Part shown: positions 51,843 to 62,474 of the stretch, piece after piece
Layout of the letters: every line of letters starts with the position of its first letter
How positions within the stretch are numbered: the first letter of the stretch is position 1
Assembly (NCBI GenBank): GCA_045047115.1
Contig: JASFYR010000005.1
Span: 1-64,000, forward strand
Direction of reading: 5' to 3'
DNA from: Sulfurospirillum sp.
Lineage (GTDB): Bacteria; Campylobacterota; Campylobacteria; Campylobacterales; Sulfurospirillaceae
DNA: 64,000 nucleotides
Translations under genes and position numbers: made by a program
The notes under the pieces: model-generated
Told to the model about the DNA's origin: nothing
Databases searched by the model: none
Seen by the model: the letters and a program-made list of their open reading frames with translations, nothing else

Positions 51843-53357
51843 ATGAAAAAAATAGAAAAAGAATTAAATCAGCTTTTGGTTGTTATGCTTGTTTCTACAT
51901 TTATTTTTTTTATGGTGGTTTTATTTAATCGGGATATTTGTTATTTTCTTCGCATTAGAGAGTCAGATTTTGGTTTTTTATTGGCTCTTGTAACCATACT
52001 TTTTCTATTTTTTGCATATTTTAAGATACAAATCAGTTCAAAAAAATTTCAACAAGAGTTCAATAGAGTTGTCTCGGCCAAAGAAAAAGAGTTGATGCTA
52101 ACAAATGAAGAACTAAGCAAAACAAATCAATATCTAAAGCACTTACTATATGAAGATTCTTTGACAAATCTACTAAACAGACAGGCTCTAGAGAGAGATA
52201 TATCTTCGATGAATCACCCTAAGTTAATCATTCTTGATATCGACTCTTTTAAAGAGATAAACGAATATTACGGCAGCCATGTGGGTGATTTGGTTTTGCA
52301 TAGTGTTGCCCAGTGGCTAAGGGACCTTGCCGAAAAAGAGAATTTGCACATCTATAGAATTGGAGCAGATGAATTTGCTCTGCTTGAGGATGAAGACTTG
52401 GATGTGGATAAGTATGAAGAGTTAGCAATAGACTTGATAGATACTTTTAAAAATAAAAATATCGAATTAGTTGAAACAGGTGATATGGTTGAGATAAATG
52501 TTACCTTGGGATTTTGCTTTGATTCGGACAATACTTTGGAAAAAGCGGGTATGGCACTCGAAGAAGCTAAACAAAAACAGATAAATTTTTTATGTTATTT
52601 TAAAAAAATAGACAGCAAAAATAATTATTTAGAACAGATAAAATGGTCAAAATTCATAAACAGTGCATTAAAAGACAGTAGAGTCATACCATACTATCAA
52701 CCCATATTTAATATAGACAAAGAAGTTATTAAGCATGAGTGTTTAGTGAGAATCTTAGATGAAAATGAAGAGGTTTTTCCGCCCGGTCTTTTTTTAGATA
52801 TTGCAAAAAAAGTCAAAAGATACTCCGCTATAGAGAAACTGCTCATAGAAAAAAGTTTTCAAATGATCCAAGGAAGTGATGAGATTATATCTGTTAATTT
52901 GCTTGCAAGAGATATGAGCGACAGTAATGTTAGTAATTTTGTTATTTCTATGTTGAAAAAATATGATGTTTCAAAGCAGATAATATTTGAAATACTTGAA
53001 AATGAAAATATTAAGAACCTTGAGAGAGTTTCGTCTTTTATCGAAAGAGTCAGAAGAATGGGCTGTAAAATAGCAATTGATGATTTTGGTACAGGCTATA
53101 GCAATTTTTCATATTTGACTCAATTGAAACCAGATTACATTAAGATAGACGGGTTGTTAATCAAAAAATTGGAAAGTGATAAAAATGCTTATGCAATTGT
53201 TGATTCAATCATAGCATTTGCAAAAAAATTAGGTATAAAAACCATAGCAGAATTTGTCTATAATGAAGAGACTTTTGAGATATGTAAAAATCTTGGAATT
53301 GATGAATTTCAAGGTTTTTATCTAGGCGAACCTTCCGCAAAACTACTAAAGAGATAA
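51843..53357 (+). CDS. Membrane-anchored GGDEF-EAL protein, probable c-di-GMP phosphodiesterase
   Basis: 2 TM, DSLTNLLNR, RIGADEF, ECLVR, DDFGTGYS, QGF. Confidence 0.9.
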   Translation: MKKIEKELNQLLVVMLVSTFIFFMVVLFNRDICYFLRIRESDFGFLLALVTILFLFFAYFKIQISSKKFQQEFNRVVSAKEKELMLTNEELSKTNQYLKHLLYEDSLTNLLNRQALERDISSMNHPKLIILDIDSFKEINEYYGSHVGDLVLHSVAQWLRDLAEKENLHIYRIGADEFALLEDEDLDVDKYEELAIDLIDTFKNKNIELVETGDMVEINVTLGFCFDSDNTLEKAGMALEEAKQKQINFLCYFKKIDSKNNYLEQIKWSKFINSALKDSRVIPYYQPIFNIDKEVIKHECLVRILDENEEVFPPGLFLDIAKKVKRYSAIEKLLIEKSFQMIQGSDEIISVNLLARDMSDSNVSNFVISMLKKYDVSKQIIFEILENENIKNLERVSSFIERVRRMGCKIAIDDFGTGYSNFSYLTQLKPDYIKIDGLLIKKLESDKNAYAIVDSIIAFAKKLGIKTIAEFVYNEETFEICKNLGIDEFQGFYLGEPSAKLLKR

Positions 53358-53360
53358 TAC

Positions 53361-54455
53361 ATGAACACACAACAACTTTTTTTGAAGCTATTAAAATACA
53401 AATCCATAACTCCTGATGATGCAGGGTCTTTGGATTTTATACAGAATTACATGTCGGGTTTTTCTGCCCTCAGAATCGATAAAAACAGTACAAAAAACCT
53501 ATTATTGTATAAGAAGTTTGGTGATGGAGAGCATCTCTGTTTTGCCGGACATGTAGATGTGGTACCTCAAGGAGACGGTTGGAATAGTGAACCGTTTGAT
53601 CCGTTTTTGAAAGACGGCTATATCTATGCCAGAGGTGCACAAGATATGAAGAGTGGTGTTTGTGCCTTTTTGCAAGCCTGTAAGGATGCTAAAAATTTTA
53701 ATGGAACTATCAGTATTGTGCTTACAAGCGATGAAGAGGGGGATGCTCTTTTTGGTACGATTGAAGTTATAAAATATCTAAAAAAAGAGAACTTTTTGCC
53801 TGATTTTACTATTGTCGCAGAACCTACATGTGAAGAGGTTTTTGGGGATGCTATCAAGATAGGAAGACGAGGGTCTATCAACGGTACTTTGGAGGTTTTT
53901 GGGCTGCAAGGACATGCTGCGTATCCCGAAAAATCAACCAACCCTATAAATTTGATATCTCCTATACTTCCCAAATTGGCGGGTTATCATTTTGATCAAG
54001 GAGATGAAAATTTTGCTCCGAGTGAGTTGGTTATTACCGATATAAGAGCCGGCATGGAAGTGACAAATGTGACTCCGGGATATCTAAAACTAATGTTCAA
54101 TGTAAGAAATTCTACAAAAACAGATAAAAATGATATAGAAAAGTATATAAAGAGTCTATTTAAAGGTCTTGATTTTAAGCTTACACTTTTTCAAGGAGCC
54201 AGGCCATTTGTCACACAAAGGGATTCTAAAATTGTGAAAATACTTCAAGATGCCATAGGTTCAGTTTTGCATGTAGAGTCTAAATTGACAACGAGTGGTG
54301 GCACGAGTGATGCGAGACTTTTTGCAGAGTTTGGTGTAAAAACAGTAGAATTAGGTGTCATAAATGATAGAATTCATGCTCCAAATGAAAGATGTAAGCT
54401 TGAAGAAGTAGAAGATTTAAAGAAAATATTTGATAAAGTTATAGAAAAATTTTAA
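53361..54455 (+). CDS. dapE: Succinyl-diaminopimelate desuccinylase
   Basis: GHVDVVP, RGAQDMK, DEEG, GHAAYP, GGTSDAR. Confidence 0.95.
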   Translation: MNTQQLFLKLLKYKSITPDDAGSLDFIQNYMSGFSALRIDKNSTKNLLLYKKFGDGEHLCFAGHVDVVPQGDGWNSEPFDPFLKDGYIYARGAQDMKSGVCAFLQACKDAKNFNGTISIVLTSDEEGDALFGTIEVIKYLKKENFLPDFTIVAEPTCEEVFGDAIKIGRRGSINGTLEVFGLQGHAAYPEKSTNPINLISPILPKLAGYHFDQGDENFAPSELVITDIRAGMEVTNVTPGYLKLMFNVRNSTKTDKNDIEKYIKSLFKGLDFKLTLFQGARPFVTQRDSKIVKILQDAIGSVLHVESKLTTSGGTSDARLFAEFGVKTVELGVINDRIHAPNERCKLEEVEDLKKIFDKVIEKF

Positions 54456-54464
54456 GGATTTAGT

Positions 54465-54839
54465 ATGGATTATATAGCAACAAAAGATGCACCATCGGCC
54501 ATAGGACCGTATTCGCAGGCGATTAGTTTTAAAGATATGATATTTACATCCGGACAGATAGGTTTGACCTCAGAGGGTTTGTTGGTTGAAGGTGGAGTGG
54601 AAGCTCAAACAAGACAGGTGCTTGCAAACTTGACTGAAGTGCTTAAAGAAGCAGGAAGTTCTTTGTCAAAGGTGGTAAAGACTACGATATTTTTAGCAGA
54701 CATGGATGATTTTGCAGTTGTTAATAAAATTTATGCAGAGTTTTTCGGCTCTCATAAACCGGCCCGCTCAACTGTAGCAGTAAAAACACTCCCTTTAAAT
54801 GTAAGCATAGAGATAGAAGCGATAGCTATAAAACAGTGA
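54465..54839 (+). CDS. RidA family enamine/imine deaminase
   Basis: APSAIGPYSQ, SGQI, PARS, IEIEAIA. Confidence 0.92.
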   Translation: MDYIATKDAPSAIGPYSQAISFKDMIFTSGQIGLTSEGLLVEGGVEAQTRQVLANLTEVLKEAGSSLSKVVKTTIFLADMDDFAVVNKIYAEFFGSHKPARSTVAVKTLPLNVSIEIEAIAIKQ

Positions 54840-55513
54840 GAGCACTTGATCTGTATGCCAAAATAGAACCAATGATTGGCTTTTATGACGAGTATGAAGA
54901 GCTTTATGATAAATATCTTGATATTTTAGAAGCTCTGGATGCAAAGCGCATTTTGGATATCGGTTGTGGAAACGGTAAGTTTCTGCAAAAGTTAAAGGGG
55001 GCAGATTATAGTGCGCTTGGCATAGACAGAAGTGAAGAGATGGTAAAAATCGCCACCTCTTTGGGTGTAGATGCAAGAGTAAGTGAGCTCAAAGATTTGC
55101 AAGAAAAATTTGATTGTACTACAGCAATAGGCGATGTTCTAAACTATATGAGTAAAGCAGAGTTAAGCGATTTCTTTATTGATTTGAAAAACAGGTTAAG
55201 AAAGAACTCCTATTTTATAGCAGATATAAATACCCTGAGTGGTTTTATAGAGGTTGCTGAAGGTCTTTTGCTTAAAGAGACTAGCAATCAATTCCTGGCC
55301 ATAGAAGCTGATTTTAAAGATAGAGTGTTGAGTACAAAAATAACACTCTTTGAAAATGAGAAAAAATACTATAAGAAGTTTTCAGATACGATACTTCAAT
55401 ACTACCATCCTGCAGAACTCTTTAAAAATATAGATGGATTTGAACTTATAAGAAGTTTTGATATTTCTATGTTTGGAGAAAGAGATAAAACAATTTTGCT
55501 CTTTAAGATATAG
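54836..55513 (+). CDS. Class I SAM-dependent methyltransferase
   Basis: ILDIGCGNG, GIDRS..M, DVLNY. Confidence 0.88.
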   Translation: MRALDLYAKIEPMIGFYDEYEELYDKYLDILEALDAKRILDIGCGNGKFLQKLKGADYSALGIDRSEEMVKIATSLGVDARVSELKDLQEKFDCTTAIGDVLNYMSKAELSDFFIDLKNRLRKNSYFIADINTLSGFIEVAEGLLLKETSNQFLAIEADFKDRVLSTKITLFENEKKYYKKFSDTILQYYHPAELFKNIDGFELIRSFDISMFGERDKTILLFKI

Positions 55514-55591
55514 TTTTTTAAGCAAAAAATTGATACAATAATTAGGTATTCTTAGTAATAATAAAATTTAAGAAAAATTAAAGGATTTGCT

Positions 55592-56917
55592 ATGGCTCAA
55601 AGAGCGATTCGTGAATATGATGGAAAAGCACTTTTCTCCAAACACTGGGAAAAATACTTTAGTGGGTTTCATTATGGTTTTAAATCTGTACTGGTAAGCA
55701 GTGGAGATGAATTGAGAAAAAAGGCTGAGGAGCACGGCTTTGAGTGGTTGAAGCAAGAGTCACTTGTTGCAAAACCTGATATGCTTTTTGGAAAAAGAGG
55801 AAAAAACGGACTAGTTCTTTTTAAAGATAAAAAACCGGGTGATGTCTCCTTGGATGTTGCGGCAGATTGGATAGATGAAAAAATTTCCCACCCTGTTACC
55901 CTCTTAAGCGGTCAACACGGAACGCTTACGCATTTTATAGTTGAACCATTTACTCCACACAATGAAGAGCAGGAGTATTATCTATCTGCAACAACGGTAG
56001 GTGAAGATGATGTCTTGTATATGTCAACAGAGGGTGGCATGGAGATAGAAGACGGTTGGGAGGACAAGGTTACCGAAGTTGTAATTCCAATCAATATGGA
56101 AGATGCAAACATAGACCATGTAGTCAGAGCAAATGCTCCTGCTGATCTGCCGGTAGATAAAAAAGATGCCTTTGTCTCTTTTGCTATAGATTTTTTTAGA
56201 TTTTACAGAGATTTAAACTTTGCGTATCTCGAGATAAATCCCCTTGTTATGCTTGAGGATAATGAGATGGCCATACTTGATCTTGTGGCAAGACTAGACG
56301 ATACTGCAGGTTACTTGATGGAAGATGATTGGGGTAAGATAGAATTTCCGACAGCTTTTGGCATGGAAGACCAATCAGAAGAAGAGAAAGCTATAGCGGA
56401 TGCTGATGCAAAAAGTGGAGCATCTTTGAAACTTACTATTCTAAATCCTATGGGCAGGATCTGGACTATGGTAGCAGGTGGTGGAGCGAGTGTTGTATAT
56501 GCAGATACTATCGCTGATCTTAGCGGAAATGTTAGTGAGCTTGCAAACTATGGTGAGTATAGTGGAGGGCCTACTACGGGTGAAACAAAGTTTTATGCAG
56601 ATACTATTTTTGATCTCATGACAAGATTTAAAGACCCAAAAGGCAGAGGCAAGATTTTGATTATCGGAGGAGCTATCGCAAATTTTACTGATGTTGCAAA
56701 AACTTTTACAGGCATTATTCAGTCTTTGGAAGAGTATGCAGATAAATTAAAAGATGTTGGTGTCAAAATATATGTTCGTCGTGGTGGACCTAACTATGAA
56801 AAAGGACTTAAAGATATAAAAGAGGCAGCAGATAGACTTGGGCTTTATATGGAGGTTTATGGACCAGAGACCCATGTAACAGATATAGTAAGAATGTCTT
56901 TAGAAAATGGAGAGTAA
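55592..56917 (+). CDS. aclB: ATP citrate lyase beta subunit
   Basis: AIREYDGK, KPDMLFGKRGK, AGGGASV, ANYGEYSG, GGAIANFT, RRGGPNY. Confidence 0.95.
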   Translation: MAQRAIREYDGKALFSKHWEKYFSGFHYGFKSVLVSSGDELRKKAEEHGFEWLKQESLVAKPDMLFGKRGKNGLVLFKDKKPGDVSLDVAADWIDEKISHPVTLLSGQHGTLTHFIVEPFTPHNEEQEYYLSATTVGEDDVLYMSTEGGMEIEDGWEDKVTEVVIPINMEDANIDHVVRANAPADLPVDKKDAFVSFAIDFFRFYRDLNFAYLEINPLVMLEDNEMAILDLVARLDDTAGYLMEDDWGKIEFPTAFGMEDQSEEEKAIADADAKSGASLKLTILNPMGRIWTMVAGGGASVVYADTIADLSGNVSELANYGEYSGGPTTGETKFYADTIFDLMTRFKDPKGRGKILIIGGAIANFTDVAKTFTGIIQSLEEYADKLKDVGVKIYVRRGGPNYEKGLKDIKEAADRLGLYMEVYGPETHVTDIVRMSLENGE

Positions 56918-56918
56918 G

Positions 56919-58733
56919 ATGAGTAAATTATTTACAAAAGATACACAAGCGATATTTTGGAACAATAACAGAAGTGCGATCCAAAGAATGTTGGATTATG
57001 ATTACACGATAGACAGAGAGACTCCTTCTATCGCTGCTATTGTAGCTCCTACAAGCAGTGCAAAGTTTGATAAATTTTTCTGGGGTGGCGAAGAGATAAT
57101 GATACCACTTTATAGAAGCACTCCTGAAGCTGTGGAAGTGCACAAAAATGCAAATGTACTCCTAAACTTTGGCTCTTTTAGAACAGCTTACGATGTCGTG
57201 ATGGAAGCTATAGAGCTAGATAGTCAGTTCAAAACCATAATGGTAACAGCCGAGGGTATCCCCGAGAGAAGAGCTAGAACTATGAATCAAGCCGCAAGAG
57301 ACAAGGGTGTGACTGTCATAGGGCCAGCTACTGTTGGTGCTATCGCTCCGGGAGCTTTTAAGATAGCAAACATCGGTGGAACTATCGAAAATATAGTAAA
57401 ATCAAAACTAAATAGATGTGGTAGTTGCGGACTGGTTACCAGAAGTGGTGGACTTTTCAATGAGATGTCAAATATCATAGCATTAAATGCAGACGGCATA
57501 GCCGAGGGTGTTGCAATAGGTGGCGATAGATTTGTAGGTTCTGTTTTTATAGACAATCTCCTTAGAATGGAAAGCAATCCGGATGTGAAATATATGATTT
57601 TGCTAGGTGAAGTTGGTGGAACCGAAGAGTATAAAGTCATAGAAGCTGTAAAAAGCGGGAAAATTACAAAGCCTATCATATCTTGGTGTATAGGCACAAT
57701 CGCAAAGCATTTTGAAAGCGGAGTACAGTTTGGACACGCGGGAGCCAGTGCAAATGCCGATAGAGAGACGGCTGAAGCCAAAAACAAGGCGATGAAAGAG
57801 GCAGGTTTTTATGTTCCTGATTCATTTAATGATATACCAGCAACCATCCATAAGGTATATGAAGATCTTTTAGCGAAAGGTATTATAATGCCTATAGTTG
57901 AGCCGGAAATAAAATCCATACCAAAAAATAGAAAAGCTAGAAATTTTATCTGTACTATCAGTGATGATAGAGGTGAAGAAGCGACATATTGTGGCATACC
58001 TATATCAAAAGTGGCAACTCCTGATACAGGGTTTTCATTAGGTGATGTTATGAGTCTTCTTTGGTTTAAGAAGAGATATCCAAAATGGGCAGTTGAGTTT
58101 ATAGAGACAGTACTTAAAACTGTAGCAGACCATGGTCCTGCAGTCAGTGGCGCTCACAATGCAAAAGTAACTGCAAGAGCCGGTAAGGATGTTGTCAGTT
58201 CTCTGATAGCTGGACTTTTAACAATAGGACCAAGATTTGGCGGAGCGATAGACGGAGCTGCAAAATACTTCAAATATGGTTATGATAACAATCTTTCACC
58301 AAAAGAATTTTTGGCATATATGAAAAAACAGGGTATCCCGATTCCGGGTATCGGTCATAGGATAAAATCACTCAGAAATCCGGATTTAAGAGTTTCCGGA
58401 CTTAAAAAGTATGCAGACGAGTACTTCCCTTCCCATCCTGTTTTAAATTATGCTTTAGAAATTGAAAAGATGACTACAAGCAAAAAAGATAACTTAATCC
58501 TAAATGTTGACGGAACTATCGGTGTTTTAATGGTTGATATGTGGAAAGAGTTGGGATATGACGATGATGAAATAGGAACATTTATAGATGCGGGTGCATT
58601 AAATGCTTTCTTTATACTGGGAAGATGTATCGGTTTTATCGGACATATTCTCGACGAGAAGAGGCTAAATATGCCTATGTACAGACATCCTTGGGATGAT
58701 ATACTTTATGATATAGAGACTGCAGAAATATAA
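56919..58733 (+). CDS. aclA: ATP citrate lyase alpha subunit
   Basis: QRMLDYD, GPATVG, QFGHAGA phospho-His, ADHGPAVSGAHN, GIGHRIKS, LNVDG; start at ATG 56919. Confidence 0.95.
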   Translation: MSKLFTKDTQAIFWNNNRSAIQRMLDYDYTIDRETPSIAAIVAPTSSAKFDKFFWGGEEIMIPLYRSTPEAVEVHKNANVLLNFGSFRTAYDVVMEAIELDSQFKTIMVTAEGIPERRARTMNQAARDKGVTVIGPATVGAIAPGAFKIANIGGTIENIVKSKLNRCGSCGLVTRSGGLFNEMSNIIALNADGIAEGVAIGGDRFVGSVFIDNLLRMESNPDVKYMILLGEVGGTEEYKVIEAVKSGKITKPIISWCIGTIAKHFESGVQFGHAGASANADRETAEAKNKAMKEAGFYVPDSFNDIPATIHKVYEDLLAKGIIMPIVEPEIKSIPKNRKARNFICTISDDRGEEATYCGIPISKVATPDTGFSLGDVMSLLWFKKRYPKWAVEFIETVLKTVADHGPAVSGAHNAKVTARAGKDVVSSLIAGLLTIGPRFGGAIDGAAKYFKYGYDNNLSPKEFLAYMKKQGIPIPGIGHRIKSLRNPDLRVSGLKKYADEYFPSHPVLNYALEIEKMTTSKKDNLILNVDGTIGVLMVDMWKELGYDDDEIGTFIDAGALNAFFILGRCIGFIGHILDEKRLNMPMYRHPWDDILYDIETAEI

Positions 58734-58741
58734 ACACATAT

Positions 58742-58775
58742 ATACGGGGACAGACAGCCTTGTCTATCCCCGTAT
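58742..58775 (+). terminator. Hairpin after aclA (contains GGGGACAG)
   Basis: ATACGGGGAcAGACA-GCCT-TGTCTaTCCCCGTAT; TGgTATAAT for pyk follows at 58797-58805. Confidence 0.65.
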
Positions 58776-58834
58776 TATCATTTTGTTACTCCTAAATGGT
58801 ATAATTACAACACAATACATTAAGGAGATAGCAC

Positions 58835-60280
58835 ATGAATAAAAAAACAAAGATTTTAGCTACTGTCGGACCTGCCAGCGAGAGCGTGGAAGTTTTGGAA
58901 GGTTTGATAAATGCCGGTGTAGATGTATTTAGACTAAACTTTAGTCATGGAACTCACGAGTACCATGAAAATATGCTAAAAAATATAAGAGAAGCAGAAA
59001 AAAATATTGGCAAAAGAGTCGGCATACTTCAAGACATCTGTGGTCCAAAGATAAGAGTTGGCAAACTAAATAATGATTTTAATCTCAAAGCACAAGATAA
59101 GTTGATTTTTTTACGAAAAGAGATAGTGGGTAGGCAGGCAGATGAGCATATATATGAGCTTAGCATCAATCAGCATGATGTTTTAGACATGCTTAAAGTG
59201 GGAGAGTATATATATCTGTATGACGGAAATATTAGAGCAAGAGTTAGCAAAGTAGGTGAAACTATAGAAACTGTTGTCCAAAACAGTGGCAAGCTCTCAT
59301 CAAACAAAGGTGTGAATTTTCCAAATACTGTGATAAATATAGATGTTATTACAGAAAAAGACGAGAAAGATTTACAGTGGGGTGCAAAAAATGGAGTTGA
59401 TTTTGTAGCTGTATCATTTGTGCAGAGTGCAAAAGATATCCTTCACGCAAGAGAGTTATTGAGCAAGTTTGGCTCAAGTTCTCGCATAATTGCCAAAATA
59501 GAAAAATTTGATGCCGTTGAAAATATAGATGAGATATTAAAGGTTAGTGATGGAGTGATGGTTGCAAGAGGCGACCTGGGTATAGAAGTGCCCTATTATA
59601 AAGTGCCAAGTATCCAAAAGAGAATCATAAGAAAAGCAAATGCAGCCTCCAAGCCGGTTATCACAGCCACACAAATGCTTTTGTCTATGGCAGAAAATGA
59701 GATGGCAACAAGGGCGGAGATAAGTGACGTGGCAAATGCGGTTCTGGATGGTACAGATGCAGTAATGCTCAGTGAAGAGAGCGCGATAGGCAATAATCCC
59801 GTAAATGTTGTAGAGGTTATGGCAAATACTATAAAAGAGACAGAAGAGGTATATCCATATAATAAATTTGATAGATATAGGTTTTTGGATGAGACAGATA
59901 TCATATCTTCATCAACCGCAAAATTAGCCCAACAGCTTGATGTAGATGCGATAATATCCATAACAACTTCAGGAAAATCAGCAATAAAACTAGCAAGATA
60001 CAGGATAAAAAATGATATATATGCAGTAACTCACGATGAAAAAACAGCGAGATCATTGAGTATAGTGTGGGGTCTGAAGCCATTGATGTATATAAAAAAC
60101 CAAAATCCAAGCTTGATGCTCTCAGATATGTTAAAAGAGGCCATCAATGAAAATGTCATCAATGAAGAGGGTACTTATATAGTAACTGCCGGTTTTCCAA
60201 CAGGATGCGAGGGGAGTACGAACTTTATAAGGATACTCAAAAAAGAGCAGATTGAGTACTACAAAAACTTAGTATTTTAG
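58835..60280 (+). CDS. pyk: Pyruvate kinase
   Basis: TKILATVGP, RLNFSHG, AKIE, MVARGDLG, TRAE.SDV.N, MLSEE. Confidence 0.97.
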   Translation: MNKKTKILATVGPASESVEVLEGLINAGVDVFRLNFSHGTHEYHENMLKNIREAEKNIGKRVGILQDICGPKIRVGKLNNDFNLKAQDKLIFLRKEIVGRQADEHIYELSINQHDVLDMLKVGEYIYLYDGNIRARVSKVGETIETVVQNSGKLSSNKGVNFPNTVINIDVITEKDEKDLQWGAKNGVDFVAVSFVQSAKDILHARELLSKFGSSSRIIAKIEKFDAVENIDEILKVSDGVMVARGDLGIEVPYYKVPSIQKRIIRKANAASKPVITATQMLLSMAENEMATRAEISDVANAVLDGTDAVMLSEESAIGNNPVNVVEVMANTIKETEEVYPYNKFDRYRFLDETDIISSSTAKLAQQLDVDAIISITTSGKSAIKLARYRIKNDIYAVTHDEKTARSLSIVWGLKPLMYIKNQNPSLMLSDMLKEAINENVINEEGTYIVTAGFPTGCEGSTNFIRILKKEQIEYYKNLVF

Positions 60281-60292
60281 CTGGAGGTTTAG

Positions 60293-61042
60293 ATGAATTA
60301 TATTTTTTTTATTATAGTTGTGGCGGTTTTTTATATATTGACTCGAAATTATAAGAGTGACGGGTACAATATAAATATAGATACAAAACAGAAATTTAAC
60401 GGAAACTTAGAAAATCATGAAGCTGGACTGCTTGTGGCTTTGATGGCAAAAGTAGCAAAAGCCGATGGGCATGTGAGTGAACTAGAGGCTGAGCTTTTGG
60501 GCAATACACTCACTCAACTCTCATCTGTTTTTCAAAATCAGGCTGAAGTCAGAGAAAAACTAAAGGTGATATATAAAAAAGAGCTGGATAGTTTTGAAAA
60601 TACTATAGAGATTGCCAAAAAATACTTCAAACTCACCCAAAGAGACTATCGCAAAAGGGTCATGACGCTAGAATATCTTTTAAATCTCGCATATATAGAC
60701 AATGAGTTTACACAAGAAGAGAGAATGATATGCGAAGATATAGCAGATGCCTTGGAGATAAAAAAAGCAGATTTTGATGCACTTGTCATAAAATTTAGAA
60801 ATTTTTACGCTAACCAATACAATAATCAGGTAAATACTCTCCAAAATGCATACAAAGTTTTAGGTGCCAGTAAAAGCGATGATATGGTGACTATCAAAAC
60901 CAAATATAAAAAATTAGTAAGAGAAAACCATCCTGATTTACTGATGGGAAAAGGTGCAGGACAGTCTATCATAGACAAAGCAACTATAAAACTTCAAGAG
61001 ATAAACGAAGCTTATGAAATCATCAAAAAGAGTAGGTCTTGA
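60293..61042 (+). CDS. DjlA-like co-chaperone (TM, TerB-like domain, C-terminal J domain)
   Basis: AKADGHVS..E; AYKVLG...HPD...INEAY. Confidence 0.88.
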   Translation: MNYIFFIIVVAVFYILTRNYKSDGYNINIDTKQKFNGNLENHEAGLLVALMAKVAKADGHVSELEAELLGNTLTQLSSVFQNQAEVREKLKVIYKKELDSFENTIEIAKKYFKLTQRDYRKRVMTLEYLLNLAYIDNEFTQEERMICEDIADALEIKKADFDALVIKFRNFYANQYNNQVNTLQNAYKVLGASKSDDMVTIKTKYKKLVRENHPDLLMGKGAGQSIIDKATIKLQEINEAYEIIKKSRS

Positions 61043-61839
61043 TAAGATTTATGCTGTTTTTGTTGCCGATAGTTTTGTCTGCATATCAGATAAAAAATGG
61101 TGAAGTAAAGCTCATAAATCTGGATAAAAATTCTACAATAATTTTTGGGAGTAAAAAGATACCGGCTATAGAAAATCCTGCAAAAAAAGGAAGTTATTTT
61201 GCTCTTATTCCTATAAAATACAGAGAAAAACCAGGCCTTTATACTATCTTGGTTGACGGTAAAAAAAAGGCTCTGCATGTAGAGCTTAAAAAATATAAAA
61301 AAGAGTATATAAAAGTAGCAAAATCCAAGGTAAAACCAAATAAAAAAGCACTCGAAAGGATATATAAAGAGTATAAAAACGCTATGAAGATTTACTCAAA
61401 AATTACGCCAAAAAGATACTGGAGTAAGCCATTTATCCTGCCACTGCACTCAAAATTGACAAGTAGTTATGGCAATGCAAGGATCTTTAATCATACGCTA
61501 AAAAGTTTTCACAGCGGGGCTGATTTTAGAGCAAAGATGGGCACACAAGTGCGAGCGACAAATGACGGTGTAGTAGTGATAGCAAGTAAGAGATACTATG
61601 CAGGTGGCTCAGTAGTGATAGATCACGGTGAGGGTCTTTACAGCTGCTACTTTCACCTAAGCAAGATTTTGGTAAAAATAGGGCAGAAGGTAAGGCAAAA
61701 AGAGCTTCTGGGCTTAAGTGGCAAGAGTGGTAGAGTAAATGGACCCCATCTTCATTACGGTATCAGACTGTATAATTATGCCATAAATCCTCTGCAGTTT
61801 ACAAAAGAGATAGATACTATATTTGAAATTAAAAAATGA
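61039..61839 (+). CDS. M23 family metallopeptidase
   Basis: HSGAD, YFHLS, GPHLHY. Confidence 0.92.
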   Translation: MIRFMLFLLPIVLSAYQIKNGEVKLINLDKNSTIIFGSKKIPAIENPAKKGSYFALIPIKYREKPGLYTILVDGKKKALHVELKKYKKEYIKVAKSKVKPNKKALERIYKEYKNAMKIYSKITPKRYWSKPFILPLHSKLTSSYGNARIFNHTLKSFHSGADFRAKMGTQVRATNDGVVVIASKRYYAGGSVVIDHGEGLYSCYFHLSKILVKIGQKVRQKELLGLSGKSGRVNGPHLHYGIRLYNYAINPLQFTKEIDTIFEIKK

Positions 61840-62435
61840 AGTTTGTATATATAATTCTTTGGGCAAGCATCATGTTGTTTGGCTCAAGCTGTGCCGACCA
61901 ATACAGTAATGAAAATTACACGACAGCATCACAGAGTTTTGGAGATGAAGTGGGTGGAAGCTTAAAAAAGTATTTTGGCAAAGATATGCAAGAGTTTAAG
62001 GAGTTTGAAAAAACAGGTATCCAAGAAGAGATATACTATCTGAAAAAAGGTTTTTTTGTAAGAAATGGAGACAACTACTATCCTGTAAAAGATGGAGTCT
62101 GGAAGTTGCATGCTGACAAAAATAGCAAGATAGATGCATTAGATATAGCAAAAAATACCCTATACCAAGATTCTGTAGAGGATATAGCAAATGATTTAAA
62201 CTCTGATATGGACAATCTTTGGGCAAAATGGGGTGGAGATGCTTACGGACATTATATGGTTCCTGAGTATGTCCAAATCCACTACAATAATTTTTACATA
62301 TCACTAAAAGCCAACATATACGGAAGCGAGGGAGATTCAACCGGACTAAAAAAAGCTTTTTTGGATTTTTATATCATCAATAATACAGATGAGGTAAATA
62401 GATATGTAAGATGTTCTAAGAGCATAAAAAAGTAG
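61836..62435 (+). CDS. Exported hypothetical protein
   Basis: Signal-peptide-like N-terminus; ATGA coupling with upstream gene. Confidence 0.7.
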   Translation: MKFVYIILWASIMLFGSSCADQYSNENYTTASQSFGDEVGGSLKKYFGKDMQEFKEFEKTGIQEEIYYLKKGFFVRNGDNYYPVKDGVWKLHADKNSKIDALDIAKNTLYQDSVEDIANDLNSDMDNLWAKWGGDAYGHYMVPEYVQIHYNNFYISLKANIYGSEGDSTGLKKAFLDFYIINNTDEVNRYVRCSKSIKK

Positions 62436-62474
62436 TCATTAATTGTGAGCGTTAAATATTATAAGGAGTTAAAA

